A stretch of DNA of 61,757 nucleotides, filler included, from Choristocarpus tenellus KU-1152 (taxonomy: Eukaryota; Protista; Phaeophyceae), in the NCBI GenBank assembly GCA_964200185.2. It is 12 parts of 12 records of this genome, joined end to end, with 100 filler letters (N's around TTAATTAATTAA, not from the genome) between each part and the next. Parts side by side here need not be neighbours in the genome. Positions count along the whole stretch, not along the records: positions 1 to 11,340 come from CAXNAD020002379.1; positions 11,441 to 16,074 come from CAXNAD020013703.1; 10 more parts are not named here. One strand, written 5' to 3'. The notes under the pieces were generated by a model. The model saw only the letters and a list, made by a program, of their open reading frames with translations. It did not search any database and was not told where the DNA came from. Numbering within the stretch: position 1 is the first letter of the stretch; each line of letters opens with the position of its first letter. Made by a program: the position numbers and the translations under genes. Shown in pieces: positions 1-12,352 of the stretch.

Positions 1-92
1 CAGATACTTTGAGCCTGACCTTTCGATCCTAAAATTGGGATTGCAAATTTTTTATGAGATTCGCGTTCACCCCCTCCCAGATACTTTGAGTC
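1..92 (+). mobile_element. Two right-hand termini of MITE family A
   Basis: CAGATACTTTGAGCC at 1-15 and CCCCTCCCAGATACTTTGAGTC ending at 92 match the family A terminal inverted repeat. Confidence 0.7.
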
Positions 93-104
93 TGAGGAAG
101 TACA

Positions 105-363
105 GAGTTAAATTATCTTAGAGGGTACGAGTTTTGCCCTGTTTGTCCGTTTGGGGCTTTGCTTCCTATGTTATTTTTTTTTACATTTTTCTACTCCAAA
201 ATATTTCAGAGAAGGTAAAATGTTTATGTCGTGAAAAGGTGTGCCCGGAACAAGGATATTGACACTTCCTAATAAACGCGAGAGTCAGAATTACTTCAAA
301 ATCGTAACATTGGATTGTTGCCCACAAACGAACCCAGCCCTATCCTCTAAGATACGCTAGCTC
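105..363 (-). mobile_element. MITE family B, diverged full-length copy
   Basis: Reverse complement aligns along its whole length with 1069-1329; degenerate TIRs (ATTATCTTAGAGGGTA ... TATCCTCTAAGATAC); no TSD retained. Confidence 0.8.
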
Positions 364-1068
364 CCAACCAGGAACAGATCAGGAGTAAGAACGTAGTTTG
401 AGAAGTAGTACAAGAGTATGTAGTGCCTATGAGAACAGGTCTGGGAGTCCCCAGAGTAGAGTGAAGACGGTAATCATTAACAGGAATAAATTAGGGCTCT
501 ACTTTGGATGGGTTGCATGACCAATCCAGGAAATACCAATTACTTCTGATGGCTCAAAAATGCCGGGGTTGGCAGGACGGTATGATGCTGATCAATCCTT
601 GAAGGCATAATATATACATATATCTGAAATGATGACAACGATTTCATCCACACAGGGCAGTATCAGCAGTTAGACTTATCAGCATATAACAATACTTCAA
701 TACTCAAACTCTAGATATACAATTAATACCCCATATAACATCAAAGACGACAATACACATACAAGCATGAAGTGCTCACTCATCACACATGGTCCAATAT
801 CTATGTATCATCTTGATATTCATCTTAGAATGACCCAACGACCACACCTCTGCACCCATACTAGCCCTGCTGCACACCCCCACCCCTCTCCTCCCACATC
901 CTTCACCTGCTTAGTTGGAGGCAGGCTTTCGAGCAGGTTCTTAATGATCCAAATGAACTAGGAGCAGGTGTCCACAGCATATCTTAGAGGGGTCGATATG
1001 GACCCTTCTGTTTTCTTAACCTACTTCATGACACTCTACTCCCATCCCTAAAATTCAGCTAACCCTAC

Positions 1069-1329
1069 GAGTCAAAGTATCTTAGAGGGTAGAGCCGTGT
1101 CCGTTTGGGGGTCAAAGTCCAAGGCCACGATTTTGATGTAATTTTGGCTATCGTGTTTGTTAGGAAGTGTCAAGATATCTATGTTTCAGACACACCTTTT
1201 CACAACATTTACATTTTACCTACTCCTAAACATTTTGGAGTAGGAAAGTGTAATATAAAACCCCATGGGAAGCCAAGCCCCAAATGGACAAACGGGGCAA
1301 AAATCATACCCTCTAAGATACTTTCACTC
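1069..1329 (+). mobile_element. MITE family B (~260 bp), Sola-like non-autonomous DNA transposon
   Basis: TIR GAGTCAAAGTATCTTAGAGGGTA / TACCCTCTAAGATACTTTCACTC; 4-bp TSD CTAC/CTAC; internal hairpin CCTACTCC...GGAGTAGG. Confidence 0.9.
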
Positions 1330-1829
1330 CTACCCTTTCAAATAGTTAAATCACCCTTCACAGTGGTAGAAGAATATATACCAGAAGGGAGCCACAAGGA
1401 CAACCCCAACTTCTCAACGAGACATCCCCCTCTAACATAAAAGAGCACTTCTTCACATAATATAGTCCATCCACAGCATTTTTCAATCAAGTACAAACTA
1501 AATGATCGATTTCATGGTGACAGTTCTTAAGAGATACGGTCGGGTCACATATCTACCATGTAAATGCCAGTAGTGGTACGTTTAACTCAGTAGTTTACAA
1601 TAGGCGTTATACCATGAGAAAGATATTCATCACACTAATGCAAACCACTCTGCTTTTCTTAATGCTGTCTCAAATTACCCTATTTATCACACTTTCCCAC
1701 AATTTTTACTATTAAGAAAATGAACTTAATAAAATATAGATCAACCAATAAAATTCAAGAGTTGCGAACCAAGCGGATTTGAAACTTGGTTACATCGTAT
1801 TAATAGGAATTGATTAACTTGGTCGTGTC

Positions 1830-4010
1830 AACTGGATGACAAGCATAAAGAAGCGGCTAATGAAGACTCAAATGGACCCCCTGCTGTAGACCTCCCCCCC
1901 CGTCCATGATACTTTGGCCCTGCTCGCGGAATCAGATCGACTGAAAGATCAAAATCCCCATCGGAGTCGTCATCAGTATCGGAGATATCGTCATCGTCAG
2001 TCAAAGTCATGGTCTCTCTCTCCCCCATGAAGTCCATGATACGTTCGTCTCGCTCGAACGTCACTTGGGCTGAGGTTACCAACTTGGCCTCTTGAGGAAT
2101 CCAGACATACCAGCAGAGTGATGTACGATCGTGTCCAATGATGATACCCTGCTGGGCGTATGGGTGAAACTTTGAACACGCTCCCCTTTGCCACTTTTCC
2201 TGGTGAACATAGCACTCGCTCCTCCAGGTCCGAAGTCTATCATAATTGAAGGATTTTCCTGTTAGACGCTCGCATGGTGTCTCTCCTCCCAGTTATTCAT
2301 GTGGCATGCCTTCAGTTTTGAAGGCATCGTTTGTGATGGCATAGAACCATTACTCATCGCCCAGCCCAGCCTTTACTAGTTGACTCCTTACTGTGCCAGC
2401 ATCCTTTGAGATTTTACTGACCTCCCAAGGTCGCCAGCACAATCCCCACTGATACATTGAACTGGTATATCTTTCCTGGCCATCTGATCGACATAGGCAG
2501 CCGTTGTGTGCGTCGCTTCGTTTTTGGTTTCAATCCGTAAACCCTCTTGTCGTGGCTGCTCTTATGGACAAACCCTTGAAAGTATTTGTCACCACTGATG
2601 TCTGGCCGAAAACGTCCCGCCAAATCCGTGTGTACAACCTCACCAGGCTGCTTGGGAGTCCTGCCATCCCGTTGATAGCTTAGAGTCTCTGATTTGCACT
2701 CCTTGCATACTTTGCATCGCAGTTCCGACGCCACAATAGCGTCAGTGATCTCCGACAGTCCACGCTTCTCGAGATGCTTCATAGCCGATGGGTTGATGTG
2801 GTCCAATATGTTGTGGCAGTCCTTCGATATCAGCTGCTGTTTTTGATTGGCTTGTGCTGCGCTGGATCTCGATTCTTGTTCCTCGTTGATTATGGTTCCT
2901 GTTCAATTTAAAAACACTCCAGACTTTGGTAAGTAGGTTTACCTTGGGCGAATTCTTGGAGGTTTTCAGGTAACTTTCTTTTGTTCCTGAATACATAAAT
3001 TCTCCTCCATTGTGTCGTATGGTTCTAGCAGTCAATATGGGGTATGGTAGATGTCGCACCTATAGAGCATCTTTCAGAACCACTCTTGGTGACTTGCTGT
3101 TCTTGTCCGCCACCATTAGGACCATATCCCCAGTTTCCTTCGCTTCCATCCCATTTCCCATTGTTACCGAAGATGCATGTCCTTTTGGTGGACCAAGTAC
3201 TTACCACGTCCTCACGATCAGGTGTAAGATGGACGTTTGCTCCAGCATCTCGACTTGCCTTCCACTGGAGGAGTTTAGCACCATACTTTTGTTAACCTCC
3301 TCGTTTGCTGTCACCTTGAAAGTGGAGAAGGAGCGCGCTTGGTTCCTGTTGACTCTGTTGCTGCTCGCACCAGGTGGAGGGGGCGGAAATATGTTCTGGC
3401 AGGCGCCATCCCAGGCGGGCTTTCTGCAGGTGGCTTTTCATGCAGGTATAAGTAGCACTTCTTCCATTGATGGTTCATCTTCAAGCAGTATGCACATTGG
3501 CTTGGTTTGGGGCCGCTTCCTGCTGATCCCCTGGACTTCGCAACATGGCTGTTCCTCACAGTGCTGTGCATGGTCAATACCCCATCATGCCCATCTTGGT
3601 CTGAGTGAAGGTAATTGTCGAAGAGATTACTGCTGTTTGACCTCCTTGTATCTGATGTCAGGGCGTGTTATTAATTGCACGAACACATGTGGTATGGCTT
3701 CCTTTATCCCAAGGAGTATAGATACCCTCTTCATGTTTTCTGATTTTGGCTCCTTGAGCTGCTCGAAGTCGGAAAATAGCTGTCAAGTTTAACTACAAAA
3801 TCCGTGCTGTCCTGTGACACCGCGCACCAGAGTTCTCGTAGTCTCGCCTCCAATGTAATGAGCTGCACGGGGATCTCGTCCTTCGCGTGTCATCCATAGA
3901 CTATTTCTAACTTTAACCATGCCCCTCTGCCGTCTGGCTGACCCTCGTTTTCGTACCTCGCAACAATGATTGCTGATGCTGACCCCTTGTCGGTTGGGTA
4001 AGAAGGAACC
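1830..4010 (-). mobile_element. Degenerate Ty1/Copia LTR retrotransposon (gag, zinc knuckle, GAG-pre-integrase, integrase)
   Basis: Gag-like DGRGAWLKLE near 3930; CCHC knuckle CAYCLKMNHQWKKC; pre-integrase HNILDHINP...CKVCKECKS; integrase EVVHTDLAGRFRPDISGDKYF; many stops and frameshifts. Confidence 0.85.
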
Positions 4011-4119
4011 ATAACGCCTTGTTGTTCTTCATACATGTGACATGTGCCGTGCGCTCTGCCCGTCCCGAGGTGGTGGTGGGTGTGTCAGGAATTGAGTTTC
4101 TGCTCGGTAGCTCAGGGGC

Positions 4120-4350
4120 TTACTAATGTTCTGACAAATGCCACTCTCTTGGGATCGAATCTCGCCATGGTTACACATCCATCAAAAGGCTATATGCACC
4201 GCCAGGGTACACAACCTAACATTAGTATATACCTCGCCGAAGTTGGTCACTGATTGGAGGGATAGCAACCCTCGGGCGATACCTCATCGATACCTCATCA
4301 AGTCTAACACTTGCGATCCCCGGGATTAGCTTTTGTTAGAACATTAGTAA
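4120..4350. mobile_element. Short LTR-related element bounded by 22-bp inverted repeats
   Basis: TTACTAATGTTCTGACAAATGC / GCTTTTGTTAGAACATTAGTAA (20/22); shares GGGATCRAATCTCGCCATGGTTACAYATC and CGCCGAAGTYGGTCACTGATTRGAGGG with the solo LTR at 36832-37768. Confidence 0.6.
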
Positions 4351-7300
4351 ATCACGAAATATTCGAAGAGATGTCTGCTGACCCTCTGCTCGGTAGCTCA
4401 GAGGTTTACAAGTGTGATCGAACACCTGTGGCCTCTGTCCAGACACCAAGTTTCTTCAGGTCAGTCTCCATACTACTAAGGCTCAACCTGTGCAATTTAT
4501 CTTGGAAGGTATTGCTATTTATCAGTAGAGAAGAAAAGAGGGTGTGGAGCCTCGTACGACTACCTTTGCTGAACGTGAAAAGAATGGATGAAATTAGGAG
4601 AGTGACCTTTGTGGGATGTCTTCTATTGCTTGTTTATTATTTCTGTGTCTGAACAGTTTAACTACAATAGCGAACTCATAGATAATTCAGAAGTCCATAG
4701 ATAATTCAACTAAATATACTATCTCAGTAGTGAAATCATTTGGACACAATTCAACGCAATAATATCGCGTGCACAAAATAAGGTGCACCTTAATATTGTC
4801 CTATTTTGCACAGACATCAAGAAGCCTGTTTCTTTGTCGTGTGCCACTTCAAACAACTATTGAGACAAGTCCAGATAATTCACTGAAAGTGTCCACCTCT
4901 CGAGCCTGAGGGATGTGGATGGAGGAAGATGAAAGAAGGACGCGATGCGGACTGAGAGTAGTTGTTGCTCCAGAATGTAACGTAGGGTTGTTGTGACAGC
5001 ATAGCATCAATGTCAAGTTGTGCACAAACGATTACGAAAACACAAGCCGAAAATTACAAGGATTCACAGCTAAGCTTATGGCGTCTGACCTACTCTCTCT
5101 CCACTGGAATTCTCCTCTCTTGAGCAGCATGGTGGGTGGACTTTGGATATTTTTTAAAGACTTGTTAACGTTACTATCCTCAACATTGGATATTTTGGCC
5201 CTCTCCTCTCTGCACCTTTCTAACAACCTCCGACCGTTTCTTCACAAATTCGGCTTGTCCATTCAACAATTACTGTACCGCTGTAGCACCCTTACAAATC
5301 CCCCCCCTATTTCAACCCCATAATACCTATTTCCACTTTTCAACACCCACTGCCAACACTACAAAACATATTTTTTTACATACAAAACCTCCCCCTTCAC
5401 CCTGCTTAGAATTGTGAGAACTTCTACCATTACACTGCAATACCACTACTGTGTGACCAATAATGCCTGTTACCACTCTCACTAATGCTAACCTTGTGCG
5501 TGCCATGCCTCACACGATTCATTCACACTACTAAACAAGCGAGTTACCCAGGTCAATGATTAGCAAAGCGAACAGATTCTAGGGCTTTTAAGCCTTCCTC
5601 AAACTGCATGACCTTGCGTTCCCTGCCCTTTCGCTTCAACTTGGATATGGACTCCTACTCGAACCAGGCCTCCAGGACTTGGTCATCAACCTTTTCATGG
5701 ACCCACCTATCAAGGCACTCGCAGACACCATTCACGAGAAACTAATGGATCAGCTTAGGTACTATGTCAAATATTCTCCTGCACATAACCTCACAGTATG
5801 TGTACAAGCTTTTCTGTACAGGATTGAAGAGGAGCGAAGAGATTTGGTCGCACTCATTTAGTTAATCTCAATATCTATAACCTCCACTACGTGAGTATAT
5901 CCTGAACACATGACACATTTCTTACTCCAAGGGGTTGAGTTTCATACTACTGCAAGCATCATATTCTTCAAGATCTTCAGTATTGTGTATGTGTGCAGGC
6001 AAGAATAAGTGGACGCTGTGACGAGAGGAATACCAGGGTAGAAGGGGATGAGGGGATGGGGTACACAGATCATGCAGGATTAGTTGAGTGGAATATTCAA
6101 CACAACATAGAACGCTACGAGGAACTGCTGGGGGTACTTCGTGCATGCTTGAGATTGTGCTGACCTGTATGAGTAGGGCGGTATTCTCCTCTGTCTTACT
6201 CGTTGAATCAACAAGTTCCTGCAGAACGCTCTGCGGGATGCTGCCCACTGCTTGTGCCTCGGTGTCCTTGGCGCTCGAAGCTGCTGATGAATACAACGAA
6301 TCTATTTCATCCACTATCCTGGCACTCTTCTTGACAACCTCATCAACCTCTTTGCCGCCCAAGACCATGGCCTGCACACGCTTGACCTCTTCTGTAACCT
6401 TCTGAACAGTGTTGGAGTATGACATATCCTGCGTCCAGAACCATCCCAACTCTGCTCGGCATATGTTGGCAACCACTTCCTTAGCACTAGATTCCTTCGT
6501 GTCCATTAGCTCTGGGATCAGGTTCTTCATACCATGGGAACTGACCGCAGGCTCTGTGGTACAGGTTATCAAGGACGTTTTGTATATACGCCCTAACTTC
6601 CTCTACAAGATCCTTGGAGCGTAGGTCAAGTGCTTGGTCAAGGGCACGTCGCATCATGTCACTGAACATAGGAGTGTAGAGGAAATTGGTCATGGTAAAC
6701 ATGTCCATGGTTCTCACTCGTCTTGTAACTTCCTTGTGGTATTTGTAGGAGAAGAAGTCAAGGAGGACGTCCTGAACAAAGGAGAGTATGGGGGTGTCAG
6801 AAGAAGCGAGTGAGAGAGGAGTACTAAGTCGTAGAGTATTTAGTAATGCATCACCTGTTGGTGGTAGTCTTGAAAGGGTTGTTGAACAAGTATACATCCG
6901 AAATTGTTCTAATATTGATGCAACCCACACATAATCTATAATAAAGTGTCATAGGCTATATATGCTACCATTTTATAGGTATCAGTTCTAGCCAAGCCTA
7001 CTTTGCCAAGAAGTGGGTACTCAGATTCCTGATATGTACACAACACCGTATATTCATCCACACAGCACTAGACCTTGAAGAGAGGATATTCAGAATGTAT
7101 ATATTTCTGGTAGGACATCAATGACAAGCCTACAGACTCCCATCCACCAAGAAGACGAGTTCTATCTTTTTCCTTTTCCACTGTTTCCTCTTTTTTCTCT
7201 TTTTTCCTTTTTTTTTCCTTTTTTCTTGGTCTTGCTCGTATGGCCTATATATATATATTATACCCATTTGTCGATTTCAAATATGTTCCTATCCTTGCCC

Positions 7301-7682
7301 TGGAATACAACTTATATAAACCAACTCTTCACCTGACATATTGCACATACATGCATTGTGTAAGTAAAGGGGATGGGTAAGACAAAAGTACAAGGATTTT
7401 TTGTTCTCATAGTTACTACAGTTGTGGTTCCAACACACTTCCATATTAAAGTATGTACCAATATACAATTCTCAGAATTAAATATATACATTTATATACT
7501 TCACATTATATTGATTTGCTCCGATGAGACCCCCATCCTGTACGCGGTCCAAGCATAGAATTTCTGTGATAATGGTTAAGCATGGAATTATGCACACCAC
7601 AAATCTAGATTGGGGACTATCGCAACCCCCAGACAGAGAGAGGTGATGCACACTGACAATTAAATAGTTATCATACAACAAG

Positions 7683-7863
7683 GCCTCAAAGTATCTGGGG
7701 GGGGAGAGGGGTTCTACACCAGGGTGTCCATTCGGGCCCTGATCAGGGAAAGTTGACGTATATTATCCATCCGACACATTCAACCAAATCACACAAAAAA
7801 TCGCGACATGGAAAAGTCGTCCCCAAATAGAGAGTAGACACAACCCCCCAGATATTTTAGCGG
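7683..7863 (+). mobile_element. MITE family A, diverged copy (in dynamin intron)
   Basis: CTCAAAGTATCTGGGG...TACACCAGGGTGTCCATT...CCCCCAGATATTTT. Confidence 0.8.
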
Positions 7864-8545
7864 ATAAATTCTTCCACGTCACGACTCATTCTCCTGCTTC
7901 CGTTCATGCCGTCCTCTTTCATTCCTGTTGGGTACAACGCTTCTACAATTATCGTCACTCCACTCTACTACGTCGAATCTTGTGCTGGAACCGGCTAGAC
8001 ATTGACACAGGAGATCCTGGCCTCAGCATTTTTGTGGTATAGCGATAGAGAAGATAGTGCAGGGTGTACAGTCATCTCTAGTCGTCCTTGCCACGGGAAA
8101 TTGGAACATTGAATTAAGATTTGCGTGAAAGGAATCACACTTTGAACAAATCAAATCCAATTCGTGGCGTACAAGTCAATCTACAACAAAACAGTTGTCG
8201 TTTTTGTCATAAATCTGAGTTGTGCACGTTGGGGCATATCCTCACAAATCAAAGACTGCAGAGTACATAGGAGATGACTTGTTCATTTTGGATACAAATC
8301 ATTTGTACTCATTCATATTTCTCACAGTGGTGTTGGACAAGTATTATCACAACAAGACGAAATGTTGACAAATCAATACACCGTGGCTTGTACAATGTGT
8401 GCCCACAAGGACACATCATTGTGAAGAGATTCAAAACGATGTTTTTGTACCAGGGAAATGTTTGTACACCCTTGCAGATAGGGGAGTGGTCAGTACAAAT
8501 TCGTACATGTTTCATAGATGTTTGGGTGCTATGACAAACATTTCT

Positions 8546-8724
8546 GGCTCAAAGTATATGGGGAAGGGTGGCGACTGTCCATTTGGGGACAATTGTTTCA
8601 TGTCGCCATTTTGGGATAATTTGGTTGTATAAGTCGGATGGATAATGTAGGTGCACGTTTCCTGGTTATGGCCCAAATGGACACTCTCGTGTAGATCACC
8701 CCCCCCCCACAGATACTTTGGTTG
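8546..8724 (-). mobile_element. MITE family A (~180 bp)
   Basis: TIRs GGCTCAAAGTAT / AGATACTTTGG; 4-bp TSD TTCT/TTCT. Confidence 0.88.
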
Positions 8725-11183
8725 TTCTACACGTTTTCGTAGATGGGGGAGTGGTACTACAAACATTTGTACATATGTTTAAAAGAGGAGAGGTGGTAAG
8801 AATATGCAAATGCGACCACTGACTGCCGATATACGGAAAAATCTAAACGTACACGTTTTCAACTTATAGGGATAACATGACACTCAACGCACGTTGTGTT
8901 ATCAATGACCGTACTAGGGCTTCTATAATGTGTGAAGTTTTGAAGTGGGGATGATACATGTTGTTACTACCCAAAGAACAACAAGGAAACAAAGTCCTAT
9001 ATATTACTGCAACACACCGACCTAATATGTGTATAGGATTTCCAGTTAAAATTGATCAGCATTAAATATGTACACGGTTGTTCTTTCCTACTTGATCACA
9101 ACAGAAGAATGGTGCAAGATTATTTTTCCTATTTAATCGCAATATAGTATTTGAACACGATTGTTCTTTCCTGTGAAATCGTAACAAAATATTTGCAAAA
9201 AAGATGAGGTAGGGACAGATCACCAATACATAGTTATCCTCTCTCTGCACATATATAGGGACAGATTATCTACATATGTTGATAAAATGGTGAGTGATAT
9301 CTATAAATCATTGGTACATGGTAACCACAAAAGCTATATCGGTAAATCCAGATTGTAGATTATTCTTCCACATTGAGTTGTACTCACTACACATGATTTA
9401 ATGGTACAAAATTCTGGGTTAGTAGAAATAATTTGTTCATCTTCGCTCCTCCTTTAACCTTCACATTCCATATTTGTACATATTTTTATCAACAGATTTG
9501 TGAAGAATAAATAAGTTAAATCATGATTTGTGCGATGTGTGAAAGGAAGTGTGGCGTGGACGGGGCTCGAACCATTGAAATTCAATTTTCATTTAGTGGC
9601 TGCGGAAGATGTTTTTGGACGAACCTCGAGGGTTCAAACCCCATCCAACCCGTCAGTGCCGAACATTCATACACATCACAAGCAAATAGGAACACGATTT
9701 TGATATTATAGACATACTCCTTTGTCTCTAATATCGTGGTATAGTACTACAACAGTAATACTTTCTTAATCTGTCCTTATGGTTGTAAAAAGTAGGAACC
9801 TTACTTTAAGTAGGACTCACTGTATAAATTAATGCAACAATTTTTCTTACTTGATGAAATACAAGACCAGAACATACAATATGTAGGCACATGGGTTCGT
9901 CATGTCCATGGAAGCCAGGGGTGAATGCATTATCTACCATACCAAATAGATGTGTATAGTCTTCTGTAGCTATGGAAGGAACAGGTATGGGGTGAGGGGA
10001 TGAAAGTTGAAATTGAAAGGTTGTATATATAAAAGGGAGAGTGTTATGTAGGGCTGATTTGATGTTTTGACTCGGGTTCAACATTCCACTGATTGTCTTG
10101 TCCTTCCAGTTGTAAGGTGGAAATAAAGAGTCAGCGTATATGTTTTGTGTTCTCCAAGAGTCCCTCAATGAAGTAAACAGTAGTCCTAAAGATCATAAAT
10201 AATTTCAAGTGCAAAAGTGAACCCCCAACCTCTTAGAAAATCACAAGAAGATATCGAACATGGGGAGGTATGACGTCATTGAGGCACATCATGCACACCA
10301 TATGGCAAATTCACCGACGGTCATACCACGGTAACGGTACCTGTAGTGATCTTCTCACACCGCAGTGGCGGCGGTTTTAGAGTGCATTGTGGTGGACCGA
10401 CCTCAGCATTTTCGCCCCAAGAACTCAACCAATCGCAAACGTTGAACACAACAAACCTTCCTCATCAACCCTTTCCTCATCCACATGCATATTGCGTCTC
10501 TCATGACGTCATACTTTCCTATGTTTGATGTTATCTTGTGATTCCCTGAAACGTAGTAGCTCCCTAAAATGTGGATGTTTCCTCATACACTGCAGTATGC
10601 ATGATGCATGATGGCTGGAGTAGTATCTATCGGAGAAGGTCTTCAAAGTGAGTGTATAATGCATAGTGTGGGGCCCTCTTTTCCCCTTCATTGCTTGAGG
10701 AAACCAGTCGACAACAAGAACGACACAGAGTCAAAGTCTCAGATTTCGGGACTTTTGTTCAAGCAAACTCGGAAAATATGTGGAAGGATGTGAGTAGGTG
10801 CCATAACTCTGTTCATGCAAGTTTTACAGACCTTGCGAATGGCGACCGTGTAGTCCTTGTACATTTTAGTAACGTTTTGAAAAATATTGAACTTTTGAAG
10901 GTCTTCATCGTCAGTGAATATGGCTATATTTTGTCCCGCCGTCAAGTCCCTCAGCATGTCTCTGACCATGGTACAGCCATTGTGAAATTCCTTATGTCGC
11001 TTCTCGTTTGTCTTGAACGTCGGGGGCACGGCTTCAAGCTCACCCTTCAAATCTTTTATTCTAGCTTTCGCCATCTTGGTGTATTTTGGGATGAACTGAA
11101 CAATTTTGAACAAGGAGAGGTTGGGAAGTGCAGCATTGGGCCAAGTTCAGCACACGATGCGTCGACGACATTTCGATGGTAAA

Positions 11184-11340
11184 GGCTCAAAGTATCTTGG
11201 GGGAGTGGTGGCTGTCCATTTGGGGCCAATTTTTCATGTCGCTATTTTTTGGGGTGATTTGGTTCCATACGTCGGATGGATAATGAAAGTGCACTTTTCA
11301 TGGTTTTGACCCAAATGGACACTCTGGTGTATACCCCCCC
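11184..11340 (-). mobile_element. MITE family A, truncated at contig end (poly-C)
   Basis: GGCTCAAAGTATCT terminus and family A internal sequence. Confidence 0.85.
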
Positions 11341-11440
11341 NNNNNNNNNNNNNNNNNNNNNNNNNNNNNNNNNNNNNNNNNNNNTTAATTAATTAANNNN
11401 NNNNNNNNNNNNNNNNNNNNNNNNNNNNNNNNNNNNNNNN

Positions 11441-11518
11441 CAAAATTACATCAAAATCACAACATTTGATTTTGACCTCCAAATGGACGCGGCTCTACCC
11501 TCTAAGATAATTTGGCTC
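11441..11518 (-). mobile_element. MITE family B, partial (contig start)
   Basis: CCAAATGGACGCGGCTCTACCCTCTAAGATAATTTGGCTC is the reverse complement of the family B left end. Confidence 0.8.
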
Positions 11519-12352
11519 TTAGATGTATGCTGTAGCTTGTTTACCAGTGTGTGATTATGATGTACTCAGTTACATCTTTTGGGGGCGGTCTATAAATGCT
11601 GAGTCAAAGTAAGCGAGAGGTATCCACTGTTGCATTTTTGGGATGTTGGCAAATATCTGCAAATTCCGACTTTTTTTACAAATGTGTGTATGATATTTTC
11701 CAAATTAGGTCGAATTGTTTCGAACTGTAGAGAAATAAACCCTCTCAAGTCAAAGTTAGTGCTTCATCCACAGAAATATAGGTGGACTGCGAAAAATCGA
11801 AAAACTAGCTTATACGCAAAACGGCCAAATACCGGGTACCTCTCGTTTACTTTGGGTCACTGGTATCTCCAAATGTAAATGTGAATCTGTTAGGTTATAT
11901 TTCATAGTGTGCTCTTGTCTCTCTCCTGATCAATGTGCACAGGAAATAGTGTGCATTCCACAGTGTACATAAAGGGAAAGAGGCCAGTTGATGAACACGC
12001 CATTCGGAAATTGCTGCTATAGTAATACTGACAGATACACTAGTAACATCAGGTGCTGTGCAGCTGAATGCAATTCACATACAAAAGGATAATCCTTGCC
12101 TTGAATGAATATTTTATTGTATTGATAATATGACAAACCTACAACAGGTGAAGAGGGTCTTTCGTGCAAACAGCCAGAAATACACAAGTTATGAGAACCT
12201 GATGGTTTGAAGAACATGGCGGTATACTGAAAGGCACACACACACACACACACAAGCATATGTGACCCTGGAGGCCAGGAGGTATTACCTATACTCTAAA
12301 TAAATAAATAATGATGAATCTGCTGACAATAGCACACTATACATTCTTCACA

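Larger units (their letters stand above)
5553..11180 (-). pseudogene. Dynamin-related (Mx-like) GTPase pseudogene: middle domain and GED; exons ~10832-11180, 6165-6771, 5553-5813
   Basis: GT-AG phase-0 joins AIRK|DVLL and LLIQ|KSLY; Mx-like middle-domain motif ICRAELGWFWTQDMSY; GED-like YCEVMCRRIFDIVPKLIH*FLVN...KRKGRERKVMQFEEGLKAL; a +1 frameshift near 6533 and two in-frame TAG codons. Confidence 0.7.

Noticed and set aside
1105-1440. Recurrent ORFs such as NIYILPTPKHFGVGK and IIHPTYATKSPKN as a gene family
   Set aside because: They are chance translations of MITE B and MITE A.
3010-3792. 260-aa plus-strand ORF (also 6088-6405, 10691-11182, 14305-14829, 44409-44759)
   Set aside because: These are antisense shadows of minus-strand Copia, dynamin, GST or pseudogene frames.
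10317-10335. 5S rRNA-like start (ACGGTCATACCACG)
   Set aside because: The similarity is only about 14 nt and the rest of 5S rRNA is absent.
11385-11396. Recurrent TTAATTAATTAA palindrome as a biological site
   Set aside because: It is always centred in N-runs; an assembly spacer.
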